64,000 nt of DNA from Raillietiella orientalis. Lineage: Eukaryota. This document shows, piece by piece, positions 1 to 12,839 of the stretch (its first letter is position 1; each line of letters starts with the position of its first letter). Made by a program: the position numbers and the translations under genes. The notes under the pieces were generated by a model, which was not told the origin of the DNA, did no database searches, and saw only the letters and a program-made list of their open reading frames with translations. Where the stretch lies: assembly GCA_036172245.1 (NCBI GenBank), contig JAYWIR010000013.1:124001-188000 (forward strand). The letters are read 5' to 3'.

Positions 1-599
1 CCTTATGCCTACTCAGGGAATCATCCACCAGAGACGGCACTCATCCTCAGTAGAGAGGGCGAAGAGGAAGAATCCGCGAAGAATCGACGGATGAAATATC
101 CGACAAATTCTTCTGCAAGCTAGTGAGACAGATTGAGATGATCACACTGAAACTCTGGTAACCATTTTCAGCATCAGAAGAGGAGACAGGCAGAGTCAAG
201 CGATGGAAACTCCCGCTTCGCCTGATAATCTTTTCCTTTTAAGATCGATCGAATCAACAGATTTCTTCCAATTAAACACATCGTTAACGTCCCCAGGAAG
301 AGTTTTAGTTAACAAAAGTTGAGTTCTCATAGGATATTCCGTAGATCTAGTGACTCTGGAAGAAGTAGCACCAGCTCTTCCTTGCAAAATCTTTCTGTGA
401 AGACTCCTTGGCTAAGGTGGCACAACTTGGCTGAAAGCTGAGTTCGCACTCAAAGCAAGGCATCTGGCCTGGAGATTTCACATCAACCCGGAAAGATTCG
501 CCTGTTTCTCAAGAAAAAAAGTTGAAAGGCGTTTCTTCGATTCTTCATCATTACTTTCCCCATCTTTCTGACTCGTGGGATCCAGATACAACATCCGAA

Positions 600-1300
600 G
601 AATGCCTATTGCTCATGGCCAGTCCTTTATTTGCTTCTGCGCCATTCCATCGTCCCATTCCTGTTTTCAGTGTTGAAAAAGAGACAGCTTTGTATGTGAC
701 CTTGTTTCCTCATAGAAACTCGCCATGAGCAAAAGGCATTGTTCGGATGCTACATCTGGATCCTAATACACTGGGTAACGTTTCCGATGCAACTTGCTGA
801 GTCAGAATTTGTGGTGCATAAAGTCCACTGACTGCAGGAGACCGACGTATTTTTTTGTTCGGATAGTGGTGAAACCAAGCGACTTACACGAAGCAAAGGC
901 TAAGAAAACTGGTGATGGACCGATGCAGCCTTCAGTACTGCATAACCACTGCAGGATCCATGAGCGTGGAAGGCCATCACCACTACAGCATCACAACCCA
1001 TCCACTCGCTTCCAAGCAATTTCTCCGAACCTCTGCTTCATGTTCCATGATTTCTGTGGTCCATGTCGAACTGCAGCAAACTTGGACTTTGTTTCCGACA
1101 AATGAGAAGCGACCTTATGCAGGTGCGACAGCCACGTATCTTGGCACTCAACGAGGACGCCATGGGTACAGCTGGTGCATTTTCTTTGCAGGCTCGGATG
1201 GCCATGCCTGCAATTGCTCTCATCCCCCCATCGTTCAGCTGATGCTCGCCACGCGCTAAGCTAATCGACTCCGTCGGGGAATTCCATTTGACCCTCCACT
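600..1300 (-). mobile_element. Ty3/Gypsy integrase remnant
   Basis: Frameshifted HGHP...LYPWRP..RYV.GCRTCIRS (HHCC zinc-binding motif), then PQKSW and VVVMAF (VVVDAF). Confidence 0.38.
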
Positions 1301-2699
1301 GGACACGCAGCATTCCACGTGAAACCGACCAGCAACGGCGGCGCCACTGAAGAAGGCAACACGGTCGCACTTTGCGGTTTTCGTTCAGGAGCTCCAAATC
1401 TCAGCAAGGCGCCTTGCCGAGAAGAAAAACTCCTTGCTGTGTTTGGCTCTTCTGAAAGAGGGAGACTTTCGACCTCAGCGGAAACTGTTGCCATGGGTCT
1501 CAGCAGGACGGAATCCCTATTCGACGTAGCTGTCTTCCACGTCCTTGAATTCTTTCCTTCTTTCGGCTATCTTCATGGTTTGATTTGCTGGCACCTCAAG
1601 AACCGCTGCTCCATGAGGCATTTGCCAGTGGCCCCAGCAAGCAGCTCAGCATACGAAAACACGCACTGCAACAGCAACAACTGGCAGCGCCCGAGATGAG
1701 CACCCGTCATATGGATGAGCCGCGCTTCCGGGTGGGCGAGGTGACTGCTGAGTGCCAAACTGGAGAAGTGCCTCGTATATACTTACGTGTGTACCTCACG
1801 CGCATCATTCAAATCTATGCGTAGGTGCATAAGGATTCGGAAATGCAGGAAAAGCTGTGAGACAGCCTCTGTTGCCATCCTTCCCGCGTTCTGAAGAATG
1901 CGAGAAGGACTTTCCCTGGTGTTTTCGCTGGCAGGGCATGCGGTGGACTTGTAGGGCTATCACTCCCTCAGTTGGCCGACTGCACCCACCCTCCTCTCCG
2001 CCACAGATCACTGCAAAAGGGAATGCCGGAAAATCCCTACTTTCTTCCTTTTTCCTGGGACAGGGAGGACGGGTGAGGTGACGATAGGTCAGTCGTTTCC
2101 GCTTCTTGCGCTCGTTTGAGTCCCTTTCTTTGAAAATCACTTTGTCCTCCGAGACACTGCAGCAAGACAGGAAAAAGACTTCCTGGAACCATAGACGTAG
2201 AAGAGGAGAAGCAGTCTCCTTGCTGAGGCACGGGGAGACGGGATGCCACCGGGCATCTCAGGAGAATGAATGTGCACAGCTTTCGAATCTAGGAAGCGCT
2301 TCCAAAGGATAGCGGAACAGGGTGAGTTGTTGCCAGGGTTGAAAGTCGCGATTGCGCGATCAGAAGTAGGGAGACGGCAAAGAGTTGCAGTGTGGTTGCG
2401 AGGGAATACGAGCGGCAGGCAGCAACCTGGGAGGTCTCTTCGAGCGACGGCCACGCTTGTTGCAAGCCTTCGGCTTTGAAGACGACAGAAAGACGCCGAC
2501 GTGCAAGCTCGTGTGATCACCAGCGTGGCAGGTGTGACGCGGCGTCAGGATCGCATGCGTCGCTATCCGTCGCGGCACCTCACACTCGCTCGTGGCGGAG
2601 GAAGGTCGGCTGCTGGGTGATGGGTAGAGAGATCAGCTAGGCGGCACGAGCCGCCTGCGCCTGCGGCCGAAATTCCCTTCGCGACCATCGTTCCTTCCC

Positions 2700-3150
2700 A
2701 GCAAAGACGGTGCTCGCCCTCTTTGCGTATCCCCTCTGGCAGGCAGGGGAGGAGGCGACGGCGTGAAGCCGTGCATTGTATCCTGCACTACTGATAAAGA
2801 CTGGGAAACTCTTCGTATTGGGAGCCGTGCTGTCGACGAAATGGTGCACGCAGCTCTGCGTTGCCAACAGGCAAGTCAAGAGCGCGCTACTCACCGATGG
2901 AAACGCCTAGGGATACTTATCTGTGGGCGTCACCAGCGGACCGATCTCATCAGCCAACGAAAGCCCTCGGACAGCAGGGAATGGACGCCGCATGGGAGAA
3001 AATGCGTGCGTGGCTCCCGCCTTCCTGAGGGGCGGTGCGGCAGAGGGTGGAAACCCAGAGCATTTCCGATGGTGTTTCACAAGAACAAGCAGTAGGGAAA
3101 TGCGGCGTGTCAGTGACGCCCACTTCGCAGTCCTTCCTTCTTCGGGTAGA
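2700..3150 (+). mobile_element. Ty3/Gypsy integrase remnant
   Basis: AVDEMVHAALRCQQ...RWKRLGILICG..TDLIS (IE.MV..C..CQ...PW.RLHIDF.GP) and VETQSISDG (PETIVSDNG). Confidence 0.4.
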
Positions 3151-6100
3151 CGGGTCGAAGGTAGGCACAAAACGAGGTGGCAAACCGCGTGATCCGCAGC
3201 AGCGGGCCTCCTCCTTCACTCTACGACCCCGACTGCTCGGACGCTTCCCCGTCCCCGAAGATGAGTGAGTTGCCCGCTGGTGGATCTTGCGTGCGGAACG
3301 TGCGTGTTCCTTCTCCACCCTGCCGCCTTCGGCATGCTCGTCGCGAGGCGCCCCCGTGCTCGCTTGGTGGCGATCTGCCTGCAGATTTGATGCCTTTTTC
3401 GCCAGGGTCACCTTTCCTTCGCTCGCTTCCTCCTTCCCGTCCCGGAAGGCGGAGAAAGGTGGTGATACCCATCCTACCTTGGCGCTTCAACCACTGCCCC
3501 TTGCGCCGCTCCTTTCATTTTCCTATGCTGCTGGAAGGGAGACCTTTGCATCTCCGACCATCCCACCGACTATCTCTTCGTCTTCCTTCGGAGTGCTTTG
3601 TGCTCCCGAGGGAAGGAAGGCGCCCAGAAGAATCCTCACTTCCCCTTCCTCTCCCATCTCCTCCTCTGTCCAGGAGGTTGTACGAGGGCTGGGCATCCAG
3701 CCGGCGTGCTCGGGATTTTCTTATCGCGAGCCCAGAAATTCCACCTCTTCTGCTAGCGGGCGTACTTCGGGGCCTCCCGTTGTCGGGAGAGCAGTCTCCC
3801 TTCGTGTCAGATCGAGACATGGATTCCCGCAAAACTCCTTTTTTCAGACTTCTGATCCTGTCGTGCCAGACGGATTAGCGCAGACGCGTTTCTCCAGCTC
3901 TTCCGGTCTGTGCTTTCCGTGCAGCTCATCCTACAGGAGAGGCGGTCCCCTTTGTTTCGAGTGGGACTTGGATATCAAGTAGAGAGTTTATCTGTATCTC
4001 TCGCGAGGGATCGCAGGAAGACCTTTGGATGACCCTCAAGCGTGAAATCACTTCCTTTTAGCAATCCGAGGTTGGAGCTGACAAAGTCCATGAGGCGAAA
4101 GCTTGGTGGAAAACTTTTCGGATGGCGGTTATTTCTGCAGCCATCAGGGGTGAAGTGATGGACTCGATGACCAGGTCCTATGTTGTCCAAGGACATTATC
4201 CTTCTCTTCAATAGAAGATAGCTCAAATGACAACACCCGTTCATATGAAGTTCGCTATGGTAGTCCATCGACTCGCAGTGCTGACGCTCGGTGGCGGGGA
4301 GCCACGCTGTACGGGTGCAGCGTTGGCCTACCGCCTACTAAAGTCTCCATTATGCGCTAAGGAGATTCAAGTGTTCGCTATCTCTGGGTGATCAATCTGA
4401 GGGGGATCACTCACTGTCTGTATGTCCAAGGACGCGATCCTAGCCGAACTATCAAAAGTCGGCAATGCTCCCGCAGTATGGGGAAGTGTTATGCTCTCCT
4501 TTCAAAACGTTCAGTGGGTTGTCGGAGCATGTGCAGCTGTGGGAAATAGGTCGACCTTCCCACAAGAGCAACGCATCAACGACGAAATCGTCTATGTATG
4601 GTACTTGGACAAGCCAAAGTATGTGATCACTGCCAGGTCACGTGGCATCTAAAGAAGGTATGACCAATCATCAGCTGCAGTCGCTGCGAAGAGATGGGAG
4701 ACTTGCAGTCCACGTGCCATGCTTCTGCAAACGAAAGGGGTGCACAGGAAACAGGCCTCCTGGGGAAAACATATTAACAAAAAAGGCAATCATGAGCAGA
4801 CAGCCCCAGGCCCCGGAGCATGCAACGGCTGTATCCGACGCATCTCTGGGGTCAGACGAAGCTCGAGAAACGCATCCGCCTAAGAAGGAAAAGGTGGAAG
4901 GAAAGAAATGCAAAGATGCAAGGAACCCCTGCGGAAACAGTGTCAGGAGCGAAGGCAACAGAGTAGGAAACCAACAGCATTGCAAGCAGAGATCCAGGCC
5001 GTCGAGATTTCCTTCCAGATGTCTTCAGCAAGACGAATCCAGGACGATGTGCAATTCTACCAGCTTCCATGCAGCACGAGTTCAAACTACCTGCGCTCGG
5101 GAGTGCTGACACGCACCGTTTCCTTCCGCTCAAACCCATGTGTTCGCGGTCACGCCCACTCTCACTTGCATCACCTGCGCCACAGCACCTCGTTTCCTGC
5201 TGGCACAAAGAACACATTGGGCTCCTCAGGTTCCGCGACTGTGCCACCATGCGCTTACGAACATGGAGTCCCTCCTCGATCCCCCTTCGTGCTCAAACCC
5301 GCGGTCAGAGCAGGCCCTATCCATCATTGCTTTGGCCAGCTGATCGCCAGCACCCTTCTGGTAGCGAACAAATTTGCTTGTTCTTGTGAGAAGCATTCTC
5401 GCAACACACCGTACCATTCTTCATTGAACAATGGGATACAAGGGATCATCCAGTTCTCCTCGAAGCAGGGAGCTTTCAAGGAACAAATGGACAATACAGC
5501 AAATCAAAATGAAAATACGTGGAAGCGAACAGCTTCTTCCGCACGATAGACGGGTGGACAGACACAGCTAACTTTTAGAGAGATCGTTTTCAGATTCACA
5601 TTAGATCAGTTTACGGAGATCAAATGAACGAATAATTTGCGAGGGCGATAAGCACCACTAAGGAAATTTTTCTTGAACACATGGCATCCAGTTCTATTCG
5701 TCCAACTGGAAATGAATTCAGCAATTTTATGGAGTGGCCACGCACCCAAAAAATCCGCAACCCACTTCTTCATTATGCCGAAGCCAGGATTTCTCATTGA
5801 ATCGCTTCAGCATTCAATCTGCTGCCAATGCTTCCTCCGTGCAAGCACTCAATTAAGCATCCTTTGGTCGCCAAAGCACCTAAACCATTCCTCAGATGGT
5901 ACGCTCCGTTGTCCAGCGTGTAAAAGTACGGGTGCAGAAATCCTCGTACACTGAATCCCAGCTCTGTGCAGGTGTAGCATTCAAGCTTGAACGAAGATCA
6001 ATGAACGTCGTTCCAAGTGCCTTATCAGAATCCTGTTTAAAGCGTACTCACTGTACACCAAATGTGTAAGCGACCTTGTATGAATTGTATGTATGCAGAG

Positions 6101-6643
6101 GTTACATTAATTTCGGTTTTTAAACTTCGTTGTTACGCCTTCTTACTTCTAGTCAACAAAGTGTGAATGGTCTTTAGTAATGGAAATCATGTTCTTAGCA
6201 GGCCATCTGGAATGATCCACTTTTCCACAGCATTTGAACAAATCCCGCTAGCAGTTTCCTGGCAGTGGTTTCAGCACAAATGAAAGCACGCAGCGTGTAA
6301 GAGTATTTTTTATTAAAATATATTTTGTATGGACAATTAGATGGACATGTGACTGCCATTTATTTTTTACTGTTCACAGCTCCATTGTGGCTGCTACGAC
6401 AATGCAGCCATGACAAGAACAGAGAGCAGTGGAATAGAAAACTAGTGCTTAAGCAATATTGGTTATGTGCACAGAAAACTCTTCAAGAATGTTTGTACAA
6501 GATTTGCATTGTTCCCATTCTTTGCATACTTTTTCTCGTAACAGGTTTTCCCAGATTAGGCCATTTCTTATTGGGTTTTTTATAAATGCCCAGAGTCTTC
6601 TCCAGACACATGAGAGCACACACCATTGATAAGATCCTGCAGA

Positions 6644-8106
6644 TCAGAGCTGATAATACTGAGGGTTTTCCTTTCCACCACATGTGGCTGATGCATGTGT
6701 TTTAACTACTGTTTGTGGTAACTCAATGAGTTCCAATTCCATTCCATTCCTAGAGTGACGAGCAACAGAAGGCAATTTGGAGTTGTTGTGGAAAGATTCT
6801 TCATAGACTGGCATACATCTGATTAGATATGGCGCAAATTGATAATTCCACTGTATTGTGGTTACTTACTCACTTTTCCTAAGGAGATCATCAGCTTCAT
6901 TTCGAGCCTTGGTGATTGCTTCATCCATGTTTACTAGAAACTCTTCAGAAGACAGATCACATTTTGCATGAGGATTACTTAAACGATGTGATTTTGTGTC
7001 ACTTTCGCACATTTGGTCTTCTTTCTCAAAAACAGGATCAGCAACTGGATCATCTGAGAATGACAGTATGCTGGATCTGGGAATGACAATTTCCAAATAG
7101 TCCCTAAGGAACAAACTATCATTTGGCCACAGTTTATTTTGCCTTCGGATATGCTCAATCTGAAAGATCACAGGATGCAATTAGTTATTCTGTGATAAAT
7201 GTGGCATAAATGTGACACATGTGATAGTAAATCATTATAGCAGCAACATGGGCTGATCCCATGGTTGCACATGTTTCTGCATTCCATGCTCCAAAAAGTA
7301 GTAGGCCTCGATTCCCCTGTACATAGACCATTGGGAGCCCCAGCACTTTAAGATGCATGCATCTGCACCGCATGTTAAGAATGATACCCTATCACATCAC
7401 TTGCTAAGATACATATTAAGCTCTTTGATTTCACAGCAATCATATGCTCATCCCAAACACGGATGCGAACCGTGGAAAAGATAGCACTTTTATCGCTTGT
7501 TTGGATGAGCTTGAGGGAAAACTATTCTGAAAGAGTTCCTAACTTATCCGCAGCCCGTAAATCGGGCTTTACATCCTACAATGTAACGTACACACTTTAA
7601 GCTTAAACCCTGAGCCATGGAAGCCAATTTTTCATGCATGCAGTGGTTTTTGATTAGCACTCTGGCATTCGATGCGTTCGATGAATTCAAGAAGATGGAA
7701 TTCCATCCACCTGGCACATTCTGTGCAGACATGGATGCTTCCACGAAGTTATGCCTCCATTCGCTGTGGAAGGGGTGAAAGAGGCTCTGTACGTGCGTGG
7801 AACCATCCCCAGAGTTGTACATTAATGCGAGTGCTACGACGATTTCTCTCTTTTTTTTGTTTTTGCCTTTACTGAGCATGGAATGGAACGCACAACAACA
7901 GAAGTACTTGAGGAGGTTAGAAGTTCGAACGGAACGAATCTGGAGTAGTTACTTACGCTGACTCCGTACTTCAAACTGAGTCCTTGAAAAGTGTCATTCG
8001 GCTGAACTTTATGCCTGATGCATTTCTCATACAGCTGCAGTTTGGAGGTGCTTCCATATTTTTTTTTCCCCACGCTGCATAATCCAAACTTTTCACCATC
8101 TGTCAT
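6644..8106 (-). CDS. LysM and putative peptidoglycan-binding domain protein (LYSMD1/LYSMD2-like), 3 exons, ~204 aa
   Basis: Exons 8106-7957 (MTDGEK...KKYGST...IRHKVQPNDTFQGLSLKYGVS, donor GTAAGT), 7159-6870 (acceptor TTTCAG; IEHIRRQNKLWPNDSLFLRDYLEIVIP...) and 6818-6644 (...ENPQYYQL*). Phases 0 and 2 join in frame (615 nt). HxVxxxDTxxGxxLKYGV..IxRxNKL is the LysM signature; the upstream YGST motif and the lack of a TM segment fit the LYSMD1/2 type. Confidence 0.88.
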
Positions 8107-8589
8107 TCCTCACATCTGCGGATGCTGTGTGGACTTGCGAACGACGAGAACGAACAGAAAGGATCCAAGGATGCCGAAATTTACTCGATCCTCTCGCTCC
8201 GCAGGCACATGCTGGATGGTTTCGCTGGCACCCTGTCAACTGGCGCCGCAGCCCTGACTGCTCCATCTAGGCCAATGCAAGAAATTGCAAAACGTTCGCC
8301 CACCATGCATACAGACAAGCCCAAATGCATAGATGTGCATGCAAAGGCACACGCATGTGTATACAGAAATCGCGTGTGTGTACAGGGAGAGGCTAGGATT
8401 TGCCGAATCTTACAACTACTTGTTTCTCCCACGAAAGCAATTTATCGTCATGAGATGCTGCGAAGGAAACTGGTACGTATCAAAGGCAATTTGTTCACAA
8501 CGTGATGAACGCCTAATTGATAATCTAATGAACAGTTGTTTGTACTTCAAGCTAATTGCTTGTTGTGGGTGTTTATTGATTTTATTTCC

Positions 8590-9010
8590 CTCTTAAAAAT
8601 AGGAGGAATTCATCCATTGTAGTTATTTCTATTTTGAAGTGGTTCATTAGCGTTCTTGGACTTTAAAGTTTACATATGTTGTTTGAAGACGATGTTATAT
8701 GAAATGCTGAAAGTGAAATTGCCACTGTTAATGTGAGAGAAACATTTTAATAACTATACAGTGTGTAGTTGCCTTATTTGGCTTATATTTGTCACACAGA
8801 GCTACTGTCATTTTCAAGTTTTGACAGCAAGACACTCACCTGCGAATGGCTTTTGAAAGCTGTTAGATTTTCAGTAGTGATGCTTTTATTTTTTTTTAAG
8901 ACAATTATTTTTCTTTGAAATAAAAGAGCTTTGAGTAAATCAATCCATGCAGAGTTGTCCGGATGACTGAAAAACTGTGAACTGATTGCAGCTCTTTCAA
9001 ATTCAAGCAT
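8590..9010 (-). mobile_element. hAT (Buster/Charlie/ZBED-type) transposase remnant
   Basis: QFFSHPDNSAWIDLLKALL...TENLTAFKSHSQV followed by KQHM*TLK...HF...W resembles the W...LAYL.DIF...I.AFK.KL...HL..L...F..YF...W segment of this family. Confidence 0.35.
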
Positions 9011-9039
9011 CTACTTAATCACTTCTAACCACATGATAC

Positions 9040-9420
9040 TTGCAAGTTGGAAAATGGCGTAATCAACGTCATAATAAGAGTGAAACTCCTGATTGATTTA
9101 CCAATATAATCATAATCGAAGTTAATGTGAGCATAGGTTAGCTATTTTAAAGTGTAATGGTATGTGATTTAGTGGTGATTATCGATGAAGAAGGGGTTTG
9201 TATGGGTTGGTTATGGTGGGGGTTATGGGATAGCTTTCTTGGTGGGTGATTTATGAAAGTCTTATTTTTTGATGTTTATATAGTATTAATTTAATTCTTA
9301 AAGAATGGTTAATTTTAATGAGAGTAATGGGTTATGAATGGAATATAGTATAGAGGAAATGATAATGGACTAAAAAAAGTTTAGATGTGTGGATAGAATT
9401 TTATGTTGTGGTAATGTTCA
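9040..9420 (+). pseudogene. Probable NUMT, decayed nad2-like fragment
   Basis: Abrupt G/T-rich, C-poor block. In the invertebrate mitochondrial code it reads KMA*STS**EW (cf. LMAYSS....GW) and later GWLWWGLWDSFLGGWFMKVLFFDVYMVL (cf. L.G.PP..GF..K). Confidence 0.45.
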
Positions 9421-12400
9421 ATTATTCCTGAATTCGCTGGAGATTAAAGTCTAGACTTGCCAAAGAATGTTCCCTCCCAAAAATACTCTTCGGTAGAAAA
9501 ATGTCATTTATCATAAAGAAAGTTTTCTCGTTCGCTATTATGTTTTCAATTTAAAATGCATTTGAATGTTTCGACCATGCTACAGAAAACATCTGTCGTT
9601 TCGCTTCTTATCCTTTTTTAAAATGGCTTTCTCTGCTTTGCACAGCAAGGGTGAAAGCCATCGCTTATTCGTTGTGATGCAGCAGCAAATCTTTTTATCA
9701 ACAGTAAGATTTCTTTCTTAATGAAGACGTGCTAGTAACAACTACAGGCAGTGTATCTGTTCATATAACGGCTATTTTCAAACGTTTGCATTAAATGTTG
9801 CTTTTTTTTTTCCTTTTGGAGATGGCATTTTTTATATCGAGTTTTTTTTCCTTAACAGGAAAAAAAATGTTAAGATATTAGTTTTGCATAATTGAATTTA
9901 TCCCAATATAAAGACCTTACATTATGTCGTGGTTTCCATGAGGTAACAAAAGCACTGAGAACAGGAATGAATAGAGAATTATAAATAGAGTAAAGGTTTC
10001 TGTATTCACTTTTTTTCTTCAAAGTATTGCAAACTCCTCCTCTTCCTATTTTTCTCGTGAAAAAGATATTATAAAGATGAAATTCGTAAAGAAGCCTTTT
10101 CTTTGATTCTACAAAGGCATCTCAGAAGCCATAAGAAACTGTCCTTGAAGGTCAAGGTATTTACATATCAGCAAATCCAAGGAGTCTGCAAGTACACTCA
10201 CTATTGTCAAGAGTTTTCACAGTCTCGTTCATAAAAGTTTTCACGGAGAGAACTTTCGAATAAGAGGAATGAAGAGTCTTTGGGTCACTATCTCCGGAAA
10301 ACTCGTTATCTTCTCTGGAGAAAAATGCTTAGGCACAAAGTAAAAGATACAAAGGATTGCTACTTGGACTTCATTTTCCTATCCTTTGGAAAAAGGAATC
10401 AAAAGTTATTGGAAATTAAAATTACCTTTCAAATACTATGTTTCCAAGGCCATCGAAAAGGCTAATTTTGAAAATATTCGCCGAAAGTAAATAGAACTTG
10501 ACTCTAGAAACGAGTTGCATAAACTAAAATTGCTATATGATTTAATTTAGTATCCTATTAGGGCATCACTAGATGTTTGTGAATCATCAAATGCTTACTT
10601 GCAATCTATCGATCGAACTTAGATTTCTGTAAATAGCTTCTTCTAATGATTTCACTTTGCTAATGGACTTTAATATGATTATAATTAGCTTAGCCTAAAT
10701 TCTTTCATATGTTTCCTCATGAATAAATGCCAATGGCAACGATGCGAACATTGGATAGGGGGCAGTCAAAGACAGGCATAGTCGAATATTCTTCTGAAAT
10801 ATCATTTCAATTCTGAATAAAAACGACATCATGCTTATGTTCAGTACTTCAGGTTTCGCAAATTATGGACAGGCTCTTTAATGAAAGCGAGTGGTGTACT
10901 GAAAATAAGGGCAAAAAAACAGAGCCAGTATCACAAGGATACAAAAGTTAGTTTGAGGGTGTTCTTCAGTTACCCATGATAGCAACGCCATCGCATCTCA
11001 CACATTTGTTAATAATTCGAATGCCTGCCTTTTATTTGGAGGAAGACTCGTTTTAAACACTAACAAGGTCAAGTTAAACATTCAATTCAGATTTGTATTT
11101 TATTTCTTATTGTAAGCCACAGAAGCAAATCAAATCAGTCTTTCACAAAACAATAATTAAAGAAAAGGAGAGACACGCACATGCACTTCTGCAGAAACTT
11201 CAGCAAAAGATTCGTTTTCATCCTCAGTCTGAAGTTGCCTGCTTCTGTTCTTTCAATTTTTCCTTTAATTTTGTGTTTTAAATGGACTTTTACCTAATTC
11301 GTACTTTTCCAGTCCCTTCACGTTATTACATAAACGTTTGAAGATTATCCGATCATGAAAAATAGTTCTCTAAACATTTACTTATATCGTTCATATGTGG
11401 CAGCGTTGATCATGTTTCTTCATTAAGACTTCCAGCAGCTTTGTTCTTTCACATTTTTTTCCAAGACAGCATATGAATAGTATGAAGTGAGAATCCGTAT
11501 GCTTTCTTAGCTAACTTGCACAAAAACTGTTGTACTGTACGCTGTCTTCAAGTATACTTTCAGAGATACTTTTTACAAGTTGCTAGAAATAGAAATAGTA
11601 TCGATTCTCTATTCCCAAGTTCCAGTAGTTGTCATAATGTGAATTTGAGAGCAAAGTGGACATGAACTTCCTTTTGCCTGTTTGTGTATGCAACCTTGTG
11701 AAATAATACTGTAACTCAGTTCTTGTTACGAAAATGGTGTGATGACGTTCTCAAGTTTTAAAGGAAGTGCCTGTAGATTTTTACACTTCTGATTACAACC
11801 CCATCAGATTTCATGTCATCAGAACGTCGGAAGTTTGGAAAGACCTCACCCAATAAGTTTCCATTTTTGAAAGAAATCCGCTGCGTAAACGTTTACTGCT
11901 GCTGCTTTTTTTCAAGGTTTATTTCTCGATCAAGGTAACGTAGGACTTTTTGTCCCAACGATTAGGAACCCGCAATGGGAAGGCAACAACATAGTGAAAA
12001 CAGGAGAAAAAAAAAGGTTTGCGCCCGAATCATGCAGAGTTGCAGTCCTACACGTACGCGCTCATTGCATTTGGCTGCATGCATCAGTGGGCGGACGTGC
12101 AGCTCTTTGGAGCATTCCCTGCAATGAGATTGGGAAGGCAGCCCGAAATCGGTGGGATGGCACTTCTGAATTGAGAGGCGTTTCACAGGTGGGTGCCCTG
12201 ATGTGTTCCATCCAGGTCCCCGTACCTTGGCCGGATGATGAAAACCCGTTTTTGCATCTTGGAAATTCTGAATTAGCAATCTCGTTATCCCCAAAACACA
12301 AGCCGTAATTGTTGGTGCTCTGAATGAATCTGAGGTGAGAAGACCCACTATAGTCATTAGTTAGAAAAAGTCTTCATTTATGTTGGACCCAGGAAAAATA

Positions 12401-12839
12401 CAGCTGCTACTTTTAACAACACTTGTAAGCTAGACTTTGACAGGTCACGTGCTTTTGATGTAGATGAACAGGTCCGCAAAGTTTTCAATTCAGGCAGCGA
12501 ATTGCGACAAAAGCTCAGACATCTACCAACTGATATTTTAAGAATTGTCTCAGAGGCATGAGTGTTTCATTACAAACTTCAGGCATGATAAGAAGTCTGT
12601 TTGCATAATACAAAAACGTTTTTCTTAATTTCTACAAAGAGCATCGCTTCCTTGTGTGTTTATATTGGCATTTACAGAGACAACCTATGTACGATATTTC
12701 GCAAAATATGCAAGATCAAATACGGATTGCAAACTGCACATCAACAAAACTTCTTTTGCTTAAAAAAATATTTTAAAAAATAATGATAAAATAATCTATA
12801 TTGGTAGAAAAATATGCTTCTCACAATCAGCTATTTTGT

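Noticed and set aside
3177..3982. Long overlapping ORFs (233 and 231 aa)
   Set aside because: Pro/Ser/Arg-rich low-complexity translations in several frames of GC-rich DNA; no domain motifs or splice structure.
4850..5450. R4/Dong-like RLE remnant (CSLCQQE, HRPGFVL) on minus strand
   Set aside because: Motif similarity is too weak to call without a profile search.
11785..11830. Minimal hammerhead ribozyme (minus strand CTGATGA-CAT-GAAA)
   Set aside because: Stem II is absent and the required UH cleavage triplet after stem III is missing.
8107..12839. Operon linkage of WDSUB1 and the LysM gene
   Set aside because: Same strand but ~4.7 kb apart with TE and NUMT debris between; no positive evidence.
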